DNA of 64,000 nucleotides. Source: an uncultured Clostridia bacterium (lineage in GTDB: Bacteria > Bacillota > Clostridia > Christensenellales > UBA1242). The stretch is taken from contig CAKVLR010000002.1 of the NCBI GenBank assembly GCA_934757855.1, positions 361,397 through 425,396 of the forward strand, read 5' to 3'. Numbering within the stretch: position 1 is the first letter of the stretch; each line of letters begins with the position of its first letter. The notes beneath the pieces are model-generated. The model saw only the letters and a program-made list of their open reading frames with translations. It did not search any database and was not told the DNA's origin. The position numbers were made by a program, and so were the translations under genes. This document shows, piece by piece, positions 37,154-47,732 of this stretch.

Positions 37154-37516
37154 TTATCTATTTTTGATATAATCAATATATTCATCTTTTATTGTATTGA
37201 GTTCGCTACGCAAGTTTTTGTAGTATTTGTAATTGTCGTAATTTTTCTTCGCATTAGGCAAATTGATAACCCCCAAAGCAACGGAAAAAGCTCCAAATCC
37301 AACAGCAACCATAGACATAACGCTACCATATTCGTTGTAAACAAGCCCCGCAACTCCTAGCATAGCCACCGAAAATACACTAGTCACCGCATTAGTTACT
37401 GCGATACTCTTGTGCTTTTTCTCTCTAATTTCTGCCAACTCATTTACATAGTCAATTTCCTCTAAAAATTGTCTTTGGTGGTAGTTTGCAAACTCGCTAT
37501 ATTTTTTCGCTGACAT
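37154..37516 (-). CDS. small membrane protein (2 TM)
   Basis: Hydrophobic profile only. Confidence 0.45.
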   Translation of the reverse strand: MSAKKYSEFANYHQRQFLEEIDYVNELAEIREKKHKSIAVTNAVTSVFSVAMLGVAGLVYNEYGSVMSMVAVGFGAFSVALGVINLPNAKKNYDNYKYYKNLRSELNTIKDEYIDYIKNR

Positions 37517-37654
37517 ATTTTTGCTCCTTGTATGTTTTTTTCTATAAAATAATTATAGCACACAAAACATCATTTTTCAATAGGGAAAAACAAGGTTTTT
37601 AGCGAAATTTATTGTAATTTTCAATAAAATAAAAAAGCAAATTATTTTGCTTTT

Positions 37655-39310
37655 CTATAAAATATTTGTACCGCCGTTGTCCGTTGTGTCGTTTATGTTT
37701 GCGTTAGTTATCGGCTCAAAAGTCGCCGTAATTATCGCATTTTTGATGAGGTTAAACGGAATATTTACACTAAGTTTGTTGTACGCGGAAAGGTCCGCAC
37801 CATTGCTTGCAGTCCAGCCAGTAAAATTATAGCCCGTGAATGGTACAGCGCTTAGATGAATAGTGCTTGTGTTATCATCATAGCCAATCACACGCGCCTC
37901 ACCACCACTGCTAGCCGAGATTGCCACGCCCTCAATTTTAGACCCATAACTAGGCGTTTTTAGCGTTTGTTTGGTGTTGGTTAGGTTTACAGTTATATTT
38001 GTAGTTCCATAAAGATACTCAAAACTCATCGACACGACATTTGTTTCTTCTTTTGCATAGTAGGTAATTCGGTTTGCGTTGCCCGCGCCATACAGCACAC
38101 CCTCATAATATTCGGTAGGGTAGGTCGTGTTGCCAACCGTGATGCTGTTTACATACATTCCGCTACTAGGGGTAAGGACTAAGTAATCAGTATCGCCTAT
38201 TTTTTCGTTTGAGTAAGTACCTTCACCTCCACTAAACGCGACTGTAATGGTAGGTAAGGCTTTGAAATATGCAACAAGTGTACTATCTTGTGTAATAGTA
38301 AATGAAAGAGGGTTCGCTGTTTTGCGTTCGTTGTTTAATAACCAATAATCAAAGGTATAGTTGCTTTCTGGCACCGCTTGCGCCTTTACGGTGCTATTTT
38401 TGGCATATTCAGTGGTTGTGTCTACAATTGCACCCCCACCAGTAGGTGATACACTGGTAGATAAAGTATAACCAGTAAATGTCCAATTAGCCATAGCAGT
38501 TATATCACTAGTCCAAAGCCATAAAGTTGATGAGGTTATTCGTGTACTATTTATATACCAACCATTAAAAATGTATAATTCTCTTTGTGCAGTTGGTAAA
38601 GAGGAAGATATTGTTTGATTGTATGTAACATTAATAGTATTACTGGCTCCAGTACCACCATTAAAATCAAATGATAAGCGGTAAGTTTTTGCAGTCACAC
38701 CTGAACTAATAGATAGTTTTAATACGCCTACATAAAAGTAAGTATAGATTGATGCAAACGTTTTTTTACTAAGAAGGGCGCATGAAAAACCTGAGTTTGA
38801 ACTAGTAAAGTTATTTCCCGAGCAAGTATAAGAAACTGTGGTGTAATTCGATGAGTCACTACTGTTTACATTAGCAAGTGCATTAGATAGAGCTGTTGAT
38901 TCATCGCTTGTGGTTACTTGTCCTAAGTTTCCACTTTTTGTGCCCCAAGCAAATTTTGCACTAAATGAAGTAGGGGACCAAGTGCAACCTTTTGGTGTTA
39001 AACTAAATGCTCCAGTCCATTGATAGAAGTAATAATAATTGTCCGTGCTAGATGTTGTTCCTTGCTGTTTTGTTGTAATACCTGTAATATTACAACTATC
39101 CACATAGATTCCATCATCTACATAAATATATATTTTACCATATCCAGTTTTGCTATCCTTAGTTACTGTTGTTCTCGAAGAACTAAAACTGCTCTCACTT
39201 GCCAGTGCGGGAGGAGTTTTTGGAGTTATGAGAACACATACTAGCGCTACGACACCAGCCACCAAAATTGATACAAAAATGGCTGAAATTTTGTAAATTT
39301 TTGCGTTCAT
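37655..39310 (-). CDS. membrane-anchored surface protein with Listeria-Bacteroides repeats (paralog of 4666-5985)
   Basis: N-terminal anchor ISAIFVSILVAGVVALV. Repeats FNGWYI, YTFDYWL and YNFTGW. The C-terminal tail ..TFEPITNANINDTTDNGGTNIL parallels ..KFEKISTSNNINSETNNTTDIL. Confidence 0.8.
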   Translation of the reverse strand: MNAKIYKISAIFVSILVAGVVALVCVLITPKTPPALASESSFSSSRTTVTKDSKTGYGKIYIYVDDGIYVDSCNITGITTKQQGTTSSTDNYYYFYQWTGAFSLTPKGCTWSPTSFSAKFAWGTKSGNLGQVTTSDESTALSNALANVNSSDSSNYTTVSYTCSGNNFTSSNSGFSCALLSKKTFASIYTYFYVGVLKLSISSGVTAKTYRLSFDFNGGTGASNTINVTYNQTISSSLPTAQRELYIFNGWYINSTRITSSTLWLWTSDITAMANWTFTGYTLSTSVSPTGGGAIVDTTTEYAKNSTVKAQAVPESNYTFDYWLLNNERKTANPLSFTITQDSTLVAYFKALPTITVAFSGGEGTYSNEKIGDTDYLVLTPSSGMYVNSITVGNTTYPTEYYEGVLYGAGNANRITYYAKEETNVVSMSFEYLYGTTNITVNLTNTKQTLKTPSYGSKIEGVAISASSGGEARVIGYDDNTSTIHLSAVPFTGYNFTGWTASNGADLSAYNKLSVNIPFNLIKNAIITATFEPITNANINDTTDNGGTNIL

Positions 39311-39493
39311 TTTTTAGACCTCCAAAGTCACTTTTTGATTAAATTATATTAAATATAGAGCGATAAGTCAAATATATCGACTGACATTCTATAAATTTTG
39401 AAAATTTTTTAAAATTACTGTTTCACAGTCTGCTATATTTTGTGAATTTTGTTATGTAATTATACTATAAAATTTACAAAAGGTGGAATAACT

Positions 39494-39835
39494 ATGAAAC
39501 AACAACTTAAAACATTACAACAAGAAAACCAACTTACACTTGCCGATTTAGCGGAAAGAGTGGCATATTTTAGAAACCGCGAGCAAATTAGCGCGCGCGA
39601 ACTTAGTTTATTAATAGGCAAGCACGAAAGTTATATAAATAAATTAGAAAACACCGATTTCAATTTTTCAACAAGAACATTACTCGAAATAATCAATACC
39701 CTAAATGTGCCGATTGAGGAATTTTTTGCGCCTGATTTCAAAACTTATAGAGAGGACACCGAGTTGCAAACCATTATCAAAAATCTTTCGTTAGCCCAGC
39801 GAGTTTGTCTAATTGAGTTTTTAAAAAGTAAATAG
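39494..39835 (+). CDS. XRE-family HTH regulator
   Basis: LTLADLAERVAYFRNREQISARELSLLIGKHESYINKLE; AAAGGTGG SD before ATG 39494. Confidence 0.7.
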   Translation: MKQQLKTLQQENQLTLADLAERVAYFRNREQISARELSLLIGKHESYINKLENTDFNFSTRTLLEIINTLNVPIEEFFAPDFKTYREDTELQTIIKNLSLAQRVCLIEFLKSK

Positions 39836-40078
39836 TTTTATAGTGTTCTATTATTTGCCATATATATGGCTTTTTCTTTTATATGTCTATATATAGTATA
39901 AATACAATAAATTTATTTCATTATTTTTTTACATATTTTTCGCGTATTTAATTGCTATTTTAATGTGATTTATTATATAATATGTTTAGACTGTTATTTT
40001 GAGATTTTGTTGAGATTTTTTGCTATATTTTCGTATTTAATTGCAAAAATAACAAAATATAATTAAAAAGGAGCGGTT

Positions 40079-42829
40079 ATGTCTAAAAAGATTGATGACA
40101 CCACCACCGTGCAGGTAAAGCCTATTATCAAAAAACGCGGAGGCTGTGGCTCATTTGCGATGGGATTTTTGTTTGCTTTTGTGTTTTTGATTGTATTTGT
40201 GGGCGGTACAATGCTATATTGCTACTACAATGTTACACTTACGCAAATTGAAAACATTCTAGGGGTAAAACTACCTGTTGAGGGCGAAATTCGTGACAAA
40301 GCGTTGAAAGATTTAATTGCATTAGGTATCGAATACAAAGATAGTTATACCGAAGCAACACTCGAAACTTTGGAAAATGATTTTGGGGTAAAATTGCCTG
40401 AAACTATACCAGGTACGGAGATAAAACTTGCTTGCGTTTACTCGGCAGAGGTAAACTTTTTAGGCAAAAAGCAAGCGGTGAAATCTTACCGAATACAAGA
40501 CATTGCAAATAACTTAGGTGATTTTGTAGATGTGATTTTGCCTGTACTTTACGACAATACAACCGTTGATGAAGTGCTAAAAAGTTTCAATATCACCATT
40601 CTTAATGACCTAGGATATCCAGCACTAAAAGATAAATATTATATGACTAATACAAGCACTGCAAAAAAATCTCTTGCCGAACTCACTATTAGCGAAGCGC
40701 TAGAAATTTTACCAAAGCATTTTAGTGAAGATAATTTAACTATTCAAGAAATTATCAATGCTGGTGGTTTGAGTATTATGCCTTATCCAGAAACTGGACA
40801 AAAAGATGTGTATGCAGGACTTAGAAACTTGCTCGTAACCAAAATTACGACCGACCAAATTTTGGAAAATGCAGACGGTGCATTGTTAAATGATTTACTC
40901 GATTTAACTGATTTTGATTTTGCACAAACGGAAGAATTTAACAATACCAAATTAAACAAAATGACTGATTATATAAAAACTGTGCCTTTGCACCAGTTTA
41001 TGACCGTACCTGAAACAGTTGATGAAAATAGCACCGCAAGCGACCATATTTTGTTTGCCTTGCGCAATGTAAATTACAACGACCTAAACGGCACTGAGCC
41101 TATCAAAACGGTTACTACAAAAATGAACGAAGCATATGCAGGACTTGTACTTAGCAAGATTATCGACTTTACCGACACGCCAAACCTTGACTTTTTGGCA
41201 AACACAAAATTGACCGATTTGATTGATGACCCAACAACTACTATTGATAACTTACTCGGCAGTGTCTATATCGGCAACTTTGTGACTTTGGGCAAAGTGG
41301 TAGAGGGCAACACGGATTTCTTTACAAATTCGATTTTCACACACATAAACGCCGACACAAATTTGAGCGAATTGCGCGATAGTATCGCAAATTTAAAAAT
41401 TAACCAAATTTTGACAACTGCGCAACTAAATAGCAGTACCTTGACCGATGCGCAAAAAGAAATGACTTTGCAACAACTTCTAGATTCAAACACAACCGCA
41501 ACGCTAGGCGAATTAATTTCTAGCGGACAAAGTGCCGATTTTGTAAACACATTAGGCGGGTTTATCAAAGCCCTACAAAATAGCACTAGCGCAACCTTCG
41601 TTGATGACCTCAAAACCGCAAAAATTTACGATTTAATCGGTGATGAAAATTCACCAAACGCACTCGCAAAACTCGCTGATATGGACTTGAATACTATCGC
41701 AAAAAGCGATGATATGATTGCGGTACTTGCAGAGAATTTTGGCACACTAGGTGAATTGTTAAAAACGCAAGATGATGATGGGTTTTTAGGAATAATCGGT
41801 AATGTAGCGTTTGCTGACTTGCTAGGTAGCGACCCAAGCGGGGCCATTATGGCGGAATTGAAAAAGAGTACAAAGACCCTTGCAAATGTACTAGGAATTA
41901 ATACATTTAGTAGCAAATTGATTGAATGTGTGATGACTATTCAAGTAAAAGACTTGTTTGGTAGCGACCCTGAAACCGCGTTTAAACAAGCACTCTCAAA
42001 AGAGGGTAACACAATCGGCTCAATCTTTGACTTTACCGCAACTACTGGAATGATGAAATATATCGCAAATGTTGAGTTTGCTGACCTATTAGGCGCAAAC
42101 CCAGCAGATGCAATTCTCAATGCGATTATCGGTAGCGAGGGAAGTTATACCACTTTGGGTGATTTCCTTGACAACCAAGAAACTACTGGCGTAATGAGTA
42201 TGATTTCTAGCGTAACAATGCGCGACTTATTAGGCAAAAATCCTAGCGTTACCGCTGGTAATGCGATTATGAATGCAATCGGTGGTAGCGGTAAGACTTT
42301 GGGCGATTTAATGGGAATTACTCCTACCGAGGGTATCGCAAATGTTGTGGCTGGTATGAGTCTTAGCGACCTATTCGGTGGTACTGCCAACCCAACCAAA
42401 GCGTTTAACGATTTGAAAGATAGCATATTACTTAAAGATGTGTTTACAAATATCGAAGAATTGCCACAAAATAATGTTTTACGCTTGATTTATGATGCTG
42501 ACAATAATGTAAAAGTAAGCGACATTTCTAGCAAAGTTGATGACATAAAAATTGCCGATATTTTGGGAATTAGCGAAACAAACCCAGCAACAGGCGTGTT
42601 TAGTTTGATAGGAAACTTAACCACTGAATATAACGGCAAAGCTCCAGTTACAATCGGCACTATAAATGATATGGAAATTAAGAGTGGTTTGACTATTGGT
42701 GACTTAGAAACTGCTGGAATTATCACCCTTACCGATGCGCAAAAAACAACATTAGGAACGGACATTAATTTATCTATTCAAGACTTTATTAATAAATATA
42801 TCGAGCAAAAATCACAAGCGACCCCATAA
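40079..42829 (+). CDS. large N-terminally anchored repeat protein (916 aa)
   Basis: TM FAMGFLFAFVFLIVFVGGTMLY. The C-terminal half has at least 5 tandem ~45-aa units built on (F/L)xDL(L/F)G..(D/N)P....A......G.T(L/I)G. Confidence 0.65.
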   Translation: MSKKIDDTTTVQVKPIIKKRGGCGSFAMGFLFAFVFLIVFVGGTMLYCYYNVTLTQIENILGVKLPVEGEIRDKALKDLIALGIEYKDSYTEATLETLENDFGVKLPETIPGTEIKLACVYSAEVNFLGKKQAVKSYRIQDIANNLGDFVDVILPVLYDNTTVDEVLKSFNITILNDLGYPALKDKYYMTNTSTAKKSLAELTISEALEILPKHFSEDNLTIQEIINAGGLSIMPYPETGQKDVYAGLRNLLVTKITTDQILENADGALLNDLLDLTDFDFAQTEEFNNTKLNKMTDYIKTVPLHQFMTVPETVDENSTASDHILFALRNVNYNDLNGTEPIKTVTTKMNEAYAGLVLSKIIDFTDTPNLDFLANTKLTDLIDDPTTTIDNLLGSVYIGNFVTLGKVVEGNTDFFTNSIFTHINADTNLSELRDSIANLKINQILTTAQLNSSTLTDAQKEMTLQQLLDSNTTATLGELISSGQSADFVNTLGGFIKALQNSTSATFVDDLKTAKIYDLIGDENSPNALAKLADMDLNTIAKSDDMIAVLAENFGTLGELLKTQDDDGFLGIIGNVAFADLLGSDPSGAIMAELKKSTKTLANVLGINTFSSKLIECVMTIQVKDLFGSDPETAFKQALSKEGNTIGSIFDFTATTGMMKYIANVEFADLLGANPADAILNAIIGSEGSYTTLGDFLDNQETTGVMSMISSVTMRDLLGKNPSVTAGNAIMNAIGGSGKTLGDLMGITPTEGIANVVAGMSLSDLFGGTANPTKAFNDLKDSILLKDVFTNIEELPQNNVLRLIYDADNNVKVSDISSKVDDIKIADILGISETNPATGVFSLIGNLTTEYNGKAPVTIGTINDMEIKSGLTIGDLETAGIITLTDAQKTTLGTDINLSIQDFINKYIEQKSQATP

Positions 42830-42966
42830 TTTAAACAAAAAAATTAATTAAATTTATCAAATTTTATTGCTAAAAAAATATAAAAAAAATTACCTAAAAA
42901 TTAGTGACTTAAATTTACCCGAACACTTACTCTTAAAATTTAGAGTGTTTAGAAAGGAGGAAAATT

Positions 42967-44406
42967 ATGAATGAAGAAAAAAGGGGCAGAGGTCGCCCTA
43001 GAAAAGTACTAACCGAAGAAGAATTGAATAGACCAAAGCGCCCACGAGGCAGACCTAAAAAAGAAATTACCGAAGTAAAACCCAAAAGACCTCGTGGCAG
43101 ACCTCAAAAGCCAAAACCTGATGTAATTGAATTAAAGCGCCCACGCGGTAGGCCTAAAAAAGAAGAATCTGCTATCAAACCAGTTAGTGGCAAAAAATCG
43201 GCAAAAATTAAGCAAAAAGAAGAAAAAACTGCTAAAATCAAGCAAAAAAACACCGAAAATCTGCAAAATTTCACCAAAATAGACTTTAACGATGAAAAAG
43301 AAAACCACAAAGAAGGCGATACCCAAGGGTATTTGAAATTAAAAGCAAAGGTTGCAAATATTATTGATTCTGGCGAACTTGCGCCTATTATTCCAGCAAA
43401 GCACTTAAAGGAAAACTTGTTGGAAAAACCTGAACAACCAGCAATCATTACTCCACCTTTGCAAAATAAACTTAATATCAGCCGTTCGCGTACGCCACAA
43501 TCTTTTGCACCCAAAATGGTGAGGAGGAGTTTTGAAAAAGCCCCAGAAATGCCAAATAAAGTGATAGTTATCACTGGTGCAACTAGCGGAATGGGGCTTG
43601 CAATGGCAAAAAATCTCGCTGGGCTGGGGCATATCGTAATCGGTATCGGGCGTAGATCAGGTACTTGCCGTGATGCGCGCAATGAGATTTTAGATGAATA
43701 CCCAAATGCAAATATTTATTATGTGGTGGCTGATTTGAGTCTTATGAGTCAAGTAAAAATAGTTGCAGACGAGATTGCTACCAAAGTAGCAAGCCTAAAT
43801 CGTGAATGTGTTGATGTGCTTATCCACAACGCGGGCGTAGATACCGAAAACTTTAAACTCACTTACGAAAATCGCGAGTATATGTGGGCAACAAATTACC
43901 TTTCTTGCGTAATGCTCACAAACTGTTTGCAACCTATGCTAGACCGCGCGCGTGATGCAAGAGTGATTACTTTCACCACCTCAAAGGCTTCGCGCAAAAC
44001 TAAGTTAAACTGGAAAGAAATTTCTGCAAAAAATCCAAAATTTACCCCTAAAATGTATTTGCAAACCAAACTTGCTGACCTTATGTTTGCGCTCGAATAT
44101 GACCACCGCAATGCAGACCGTACAGATTTGCACGCGTACTGCGTGGACCCAGGCACAGTAAATACAACTTTGCGTACAAAATATACTAGTGGCTTGCGAA
44201 AATTCGTGTTTAATATGAGCCGTAAACACGGTAAAACTGTCGAGCAAGGCATAGAAACTGCAATTTACCTTACATTAGCGCAAAAATTACCGCAAAATGT
44301 GGTATTTTATGCAAATAAAAAACCTGTAAACCCTAGCAAATTTGCATTAGATTCAAGTAACCGTACCGCGCTTTGGCGCATAACAGAACGCGATTTAGCA
44401 AATTAA
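42967..44406 (+). CDS. AT-hook (x4) - short-chain dehydrogenase/reductase fusion protein
   Basis: N-terminus RGRGRPRK, RPRGRPKK, RPRGRPQK, RPRGRPKK. C-terminal SDR domain with TGATSGMGLA, NAG and YLQTK. Confidence 0.8.
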   Translation: MNEEKRGRGRPRKVLTEEELNRPKRPRGRPKKEITEVKPKRPRGRPQKPKPDVIELKRPRGRPKKEESAIKPVSGKKSAKIKQKEEKTAKIKQKNTENLQNFTKIDFNDEKENHKEGDTQGYLKLKAKVANIIDSGELAPIIPAKHLKENLLEKPEQPAIITPPLQNKLNISRSRTPQSFAPKMVRRSFEKAPEMPNKVIVITGATSGMGLAMAKNLAGLGHIVIGIGRRSGTCRDARNEILDEYPNANIYYVVADLSLMSQVKIVADEIATKVASLNRECVDVLIHNAGVDTENFKLTYENREYMWATNYLSCVMLTNCLQPMLDRARDARVITFTTSKASRKTKLNWKEISAKNPKFTPKMYLQTKLADLMFALEYDHRNADRTDLHAYCVDPGTVNTTLRTKYTSGLRKFVFNMSRKHGKTVEQGIETAIYLTLAQKLPQNVVFYANKKPVNPSKFALDSSNRTALWRITERDLAN

Positions 44407-44539
44407 AAAGTATTTATTTAGTATTTATATTTTTGCTATTTAATTGATACTTAAATTATAATATTTTTCTCTATTTATATATTATTTTTCTCCAAATAAA
44501 AAATTGTTGGTAATTTCCAACAATTTTTTTGTATATTAT

Positions 44540-45520
44540 CTAACTTTCTCTTGTTTTATTTTCTATATCGGTTTGTGTGCTATCTTCGTTTGCATTTTGT
44601 TCTAACTCAATATTAGCGTTTGTGGTACTTTCATTTGTTTTATTTATCGTGAAATATACTTCATCAATGTGATTGCGTTTGTTTTTAAAATACAACATAA
44701 GGTACATTATTAGTCCAAAAATCAACGCAATACCAATTGCCAACACATACCACGCGATTCTATTTTCTTGTAAAAATACATTGCGATATATATACATATA
44801 AGGCACAGGGTCGGCAAGCGTGCAAGTCCAGATATGCGCGGTGTAGTTGCTTTGCTCAATCGAATTTATCCCATAAGCCCCCACAATTTGTTGCGTAGAA
44901 TTTGCGTTTGAATGGGTCTTATACACACTAGGATATACGCGGGCGATATTCGTTTCAATTTTGCTAAAAAGTGCCACTACTTGCGTAGTATCGCCACTAA
45001 AAAATTCATTTGCAAAACTATTCACGAGATTTTGTGTCAAAGCGGGAATAATTTGCATTTCCAACATCAAATCACTGCTATTTTCCAGTTTGCTATCCAC
45101 CAGCACCGAACGCGACACAAACAAACTTTTTTCATATTCAACAGGCTGATTTAAGATTTCCTCTACCGTTCTGCCGTAAAATTTGAGATATTCTTCTACT
45201 GTGCCAAACGAAAGCGAAATGTTGTAGCGGTTCGGGTTTTGAGTGTCTACTTGCGCCTTAAAAGTAACCCCGCTTGTACTGCGCCCCGCACTAAATGTGG
45301 TCCAGTATTCTTGCACGCCTGAGTCAATCAATTCCATTGCACGAGTCGAGTCAATGCCCACACTAGCGCAAAGAGCAGGGGTAAGCACGATTGTATAATT
45401 ATATGAGCGCGAGCCGTCCGCATAAATTGTAGTCATCTGCACCGTTTGTGCACAACCGCCAAACAACACACTTGCGCAAATAATTAGTGCAAATACAGCC
45501 AAAACAAATTGCTTTTTCAT
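44540..45520 (-). CDS. lipoprotein with a C-terminal TM segment
   Basis: Signal peptide plus lipobox VLFGGC; C-terminal helix WYVLAIGIALIFGLIMYLMLYF. Confidence 0.65.
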   Translation of the reverse strand: MKKQFVLAVFALIICASVLFGGCAQTVQMTTIYADGSRSYNYTIVLTPALCASVGIDSTRAMELIDSGVQEYWTTFSAGRSTSGVTFKAQVDTQNPNRYNISLSFGTVEEYLKFYGRTVEEILNQPVEYEKSLFVSRSVLVDSKLENSSDLMLEMQIIPALTQNLVNSFANEFFSGDTTQVVALFSKIETNIARVYPSVYKTHSNANSTQQIVGAYGINSIEQSNYTAHIWTCTLADPVPYMYIYRNVFLQENRIAWYVLAIGIALIFGLIMYLMLYFKNKRNHIDEVYFTINKTNESTTNANIELEQNANEDSTQTDIENKTRES

Positions 45521-45724
45521 TTTTTCTCCAAAATTAAAGTATATTTTAGTTTATCAAAATGTATGCATTTAGTAAAGTGTAAATGCGAAATTTCCCACCA
45601 AAACTATAAAAACGACCATAAAGTCTTGTAGTTTGAATAAAAATATAAATATTTCTCCTAAAAAGAAAAACTTTCTCCTAAAATTATTGCCTTTTTAGGA
45701 GAAAGTTAAAAGTATGGTTAATTT

Positions 45725-46768
45725 TTAGCGGTATTTGATACCCATCGCTTCCTTTACTTCTTCAAGAGTTTTATTTGCAGTTTCGCGCGCGAAATCACTA
45801 CCCTTAAACAAAATTTGCATAACTTCGCCTTTGTCTTTTGCAAATTCTTCACGCCTTGCGCGGATAGGTGCTAGAATTTCTTGCAAAATTTCATTCAAGA
45901 AGTTTTTAATCTTTACATCGCCTAAACCACCGCGCTTGTAATGGTTTTTGAGTTCATCAAGATTTGCGTATTCAGGCAAGTATCTAGTAAAATGCTCAGG
46001 TCTGCAAAACGCATCAAGGTAGGTAAATACGATATTGCCTTTTACACTGCCTTTGTCATTAATATTTATATGATTAGGGTCGGTGTACATCATTTTTACT
46101 TGTTTTTTGATTGTGTCAGCATCATCGGCAAGGTAAATGCAGTTGCCTAGACTTTTGCTCATTTTCCCGTTACCATCTACACCAGGTAAGCGCAAACAAG
46201 CAGAATTTGTAGCAAATACGCCTTTTGGCTCAACAAGTACATCAGTTTTGTATAGACCGTTAAACGAACGCACGATTTCACGCGCTTGCTCAATCATTGG
46301 CTCTTGGTCCTCACCAACTGGCACAATATTTGCCTTAAACGCGGTAATATCTGCGGTTTGGCTCACAGGGTACAACAAAAACCCAGCAGGGATACTTTTA
46401 TCAAAATTTTTTTGCTTGATTTCTGCTTTTACGGTAGGGTTGCGTTGCAGTCTTGCCACAGAAACGAGATTCATATAATAATAAGTTAGTTCGGTAAGTT
46501 CAGGGATTTGTGATTGAATAAATAGCGTTACCTTGCTAGGGTCTAGACCAACAGCAAGATAATCGAGTGCGACTTCAATTAAGTTGTTGCGTACTTTTTC
46601 GACATTATCATAGTTGTCTGTAAGCGCTTGTGAGTCAGCAATCATAACAAACATTTTGTCAAAATCGCCTTCATTCTGTATCTTTACACGGTTCATCAAC
46701 GAGCCAACAAAGTGACCTATATGTAATTTGCCGGTAGGTCGGTCGCCAGTCAAAATAATATTTTTCAT
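45725..46768 (-). CDS. trpS: tryptophan--tRNA ligase
   Basis: Class I motifs TGKLHIGH and KMSKS; 347 aa. Confidence 0.95.
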   Translation of the reverse strand: MKNIILTGDRPTGKLHIGHFVGSLMNRVKIQNEGDFDKMFVMIADSQALTDNYDNVEKVRNNLIEVALDYLAVGLDPSKVTLFIQSQIPELTELTYYYMNLVSVARLQRNPTVKAEIKQKNFDKSIPAGFLLYPVSQTADITAFKANIVPVGEDQEPMIEQAREIVRSFNGLYKTDVLVEPKGVFATNSACLRLPGVDGNGKMSKSLGNCIYLADDADTIKKQVKMMYTDPNHININDKGSVKGNIVFTYLDAFCRPEHFTRYLPEYANLDELKNHYKRGGLGDVKIKNFLNEILQEILAPIRARREEFAKDKGEVMQILFKGSDFARETANKTLEEVKEAMGIKYR

Positions 46769-46813
46769 AGTGTTATTTCCTTTATTTTATACAAGTTTTT
46801 TATTTTTTAAAAG

Positions 46814-46845
46814 TTTTCCACAATGTGTTGATTTTGTGTGGATAA
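46814..46845. promoter_or_regulatory. pair of convergent DnaA boxes upstream of trpS
   Basis: TTTTCCACA at 46814-46822 and a perfect TGTGGATAA at 46837-46845. Confidence 0.45.
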
Positions 46846-46904
46846 CTACAATTTTTTGACACTTTCTATCTAATTTTTGCAAGAATATGCCTAAAAATTA
46901 TATT

Positions 46905-47543
46905 TTAAGCAACATTTTCATTTTGTTTCCTATCTAAATTATTAAAAAATGTGTATATGTCGCTTAATTCGTGAGTTTGAAAAGTTTGAATGTTCAATTT
47001 TTGCGCAGGGAGTAGGTCATCACGGAAATTATCGCCAACTACCAGTATTTCCTCAGGGGCGACCCTTTCCGCTTCCATTATTTCTTTATAAAATACTGCT
47101 TTTGTAGGGTCGGTAGGCAAAAATTGATTAAAATAAATTTTCTTAAATATTGCGGGGTCTATGCCCCAGTGAGAAAAGTGCCTCTTGATTGCGCTAACGG
47201 GCGAATTTGACACAATGTAAAGCGTGTAGTGCTTGCTAAGATTTTTGATAAATTCAGGGTCAACAAATTTCATATTTGGGTAGTCTAGGCGGTAAATATT
47301 TTGCGAATGAAAGTCAATCAGCCCTTGCGCCGTGCCAAATTCTTTTATCATAGCCACCGCTACATCGGCTGTCATTGGATTTTTAGGGTCAATGCCGTAT
47401 TTAATCAAAAAATCGTTTCGCTCTTTTGAGGTAAGGGCGGGGAGCGCACTTTCCAAAGTGCGTTGCATATACTCAACCCAGTTTTCCCATTTTTCACCAT
47501 TGTGCAAAGTGCCGTCAAAATCAAAAATAATTACCTTAAACAT
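46905..47543 (-). CDS. HAD-superfamily hydrolase
   Basis: Motif I IIFDFDGTL; motif IV GDNFRDD. Confidence 0.8.
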   Translation of the reverse strand: MFKVIIFDFDGTLHNGEKWENWVEYMQRTLESALPALTSKERNDFLIKYGIDPKNPMTADVAVAMIKEFGTAQGLIDFHSQNIYRLDYPNMKFVDPEFIKNLSKHYTLYIVSNSPVSAIKRHFSHWGIDPAIFKKIYFNQFLPTDPTKAVFYKEIMEAERVAPEEILVVGDNFRDDLLPAQKLNIQTFQTHELSDIYTFFNNLDRKQNENVA

Positions 47544-47732
47544 AATTCGCTACCTTTATTATTTGTTTTAATTTTATCATAGTTTTTGTAGTTTTGCAAA
47601 TATTTGATTAAATTTAAGCATTATTTATAAAAAAACAAAACCCCGCAGTGCGGAGTCTTGAATTAATAGTGGTTCTTTATTAATTTTTAAATAGTAAAGT
47701 TAATCATTAGTTTTTAAAAAGTTTTTATCTAA

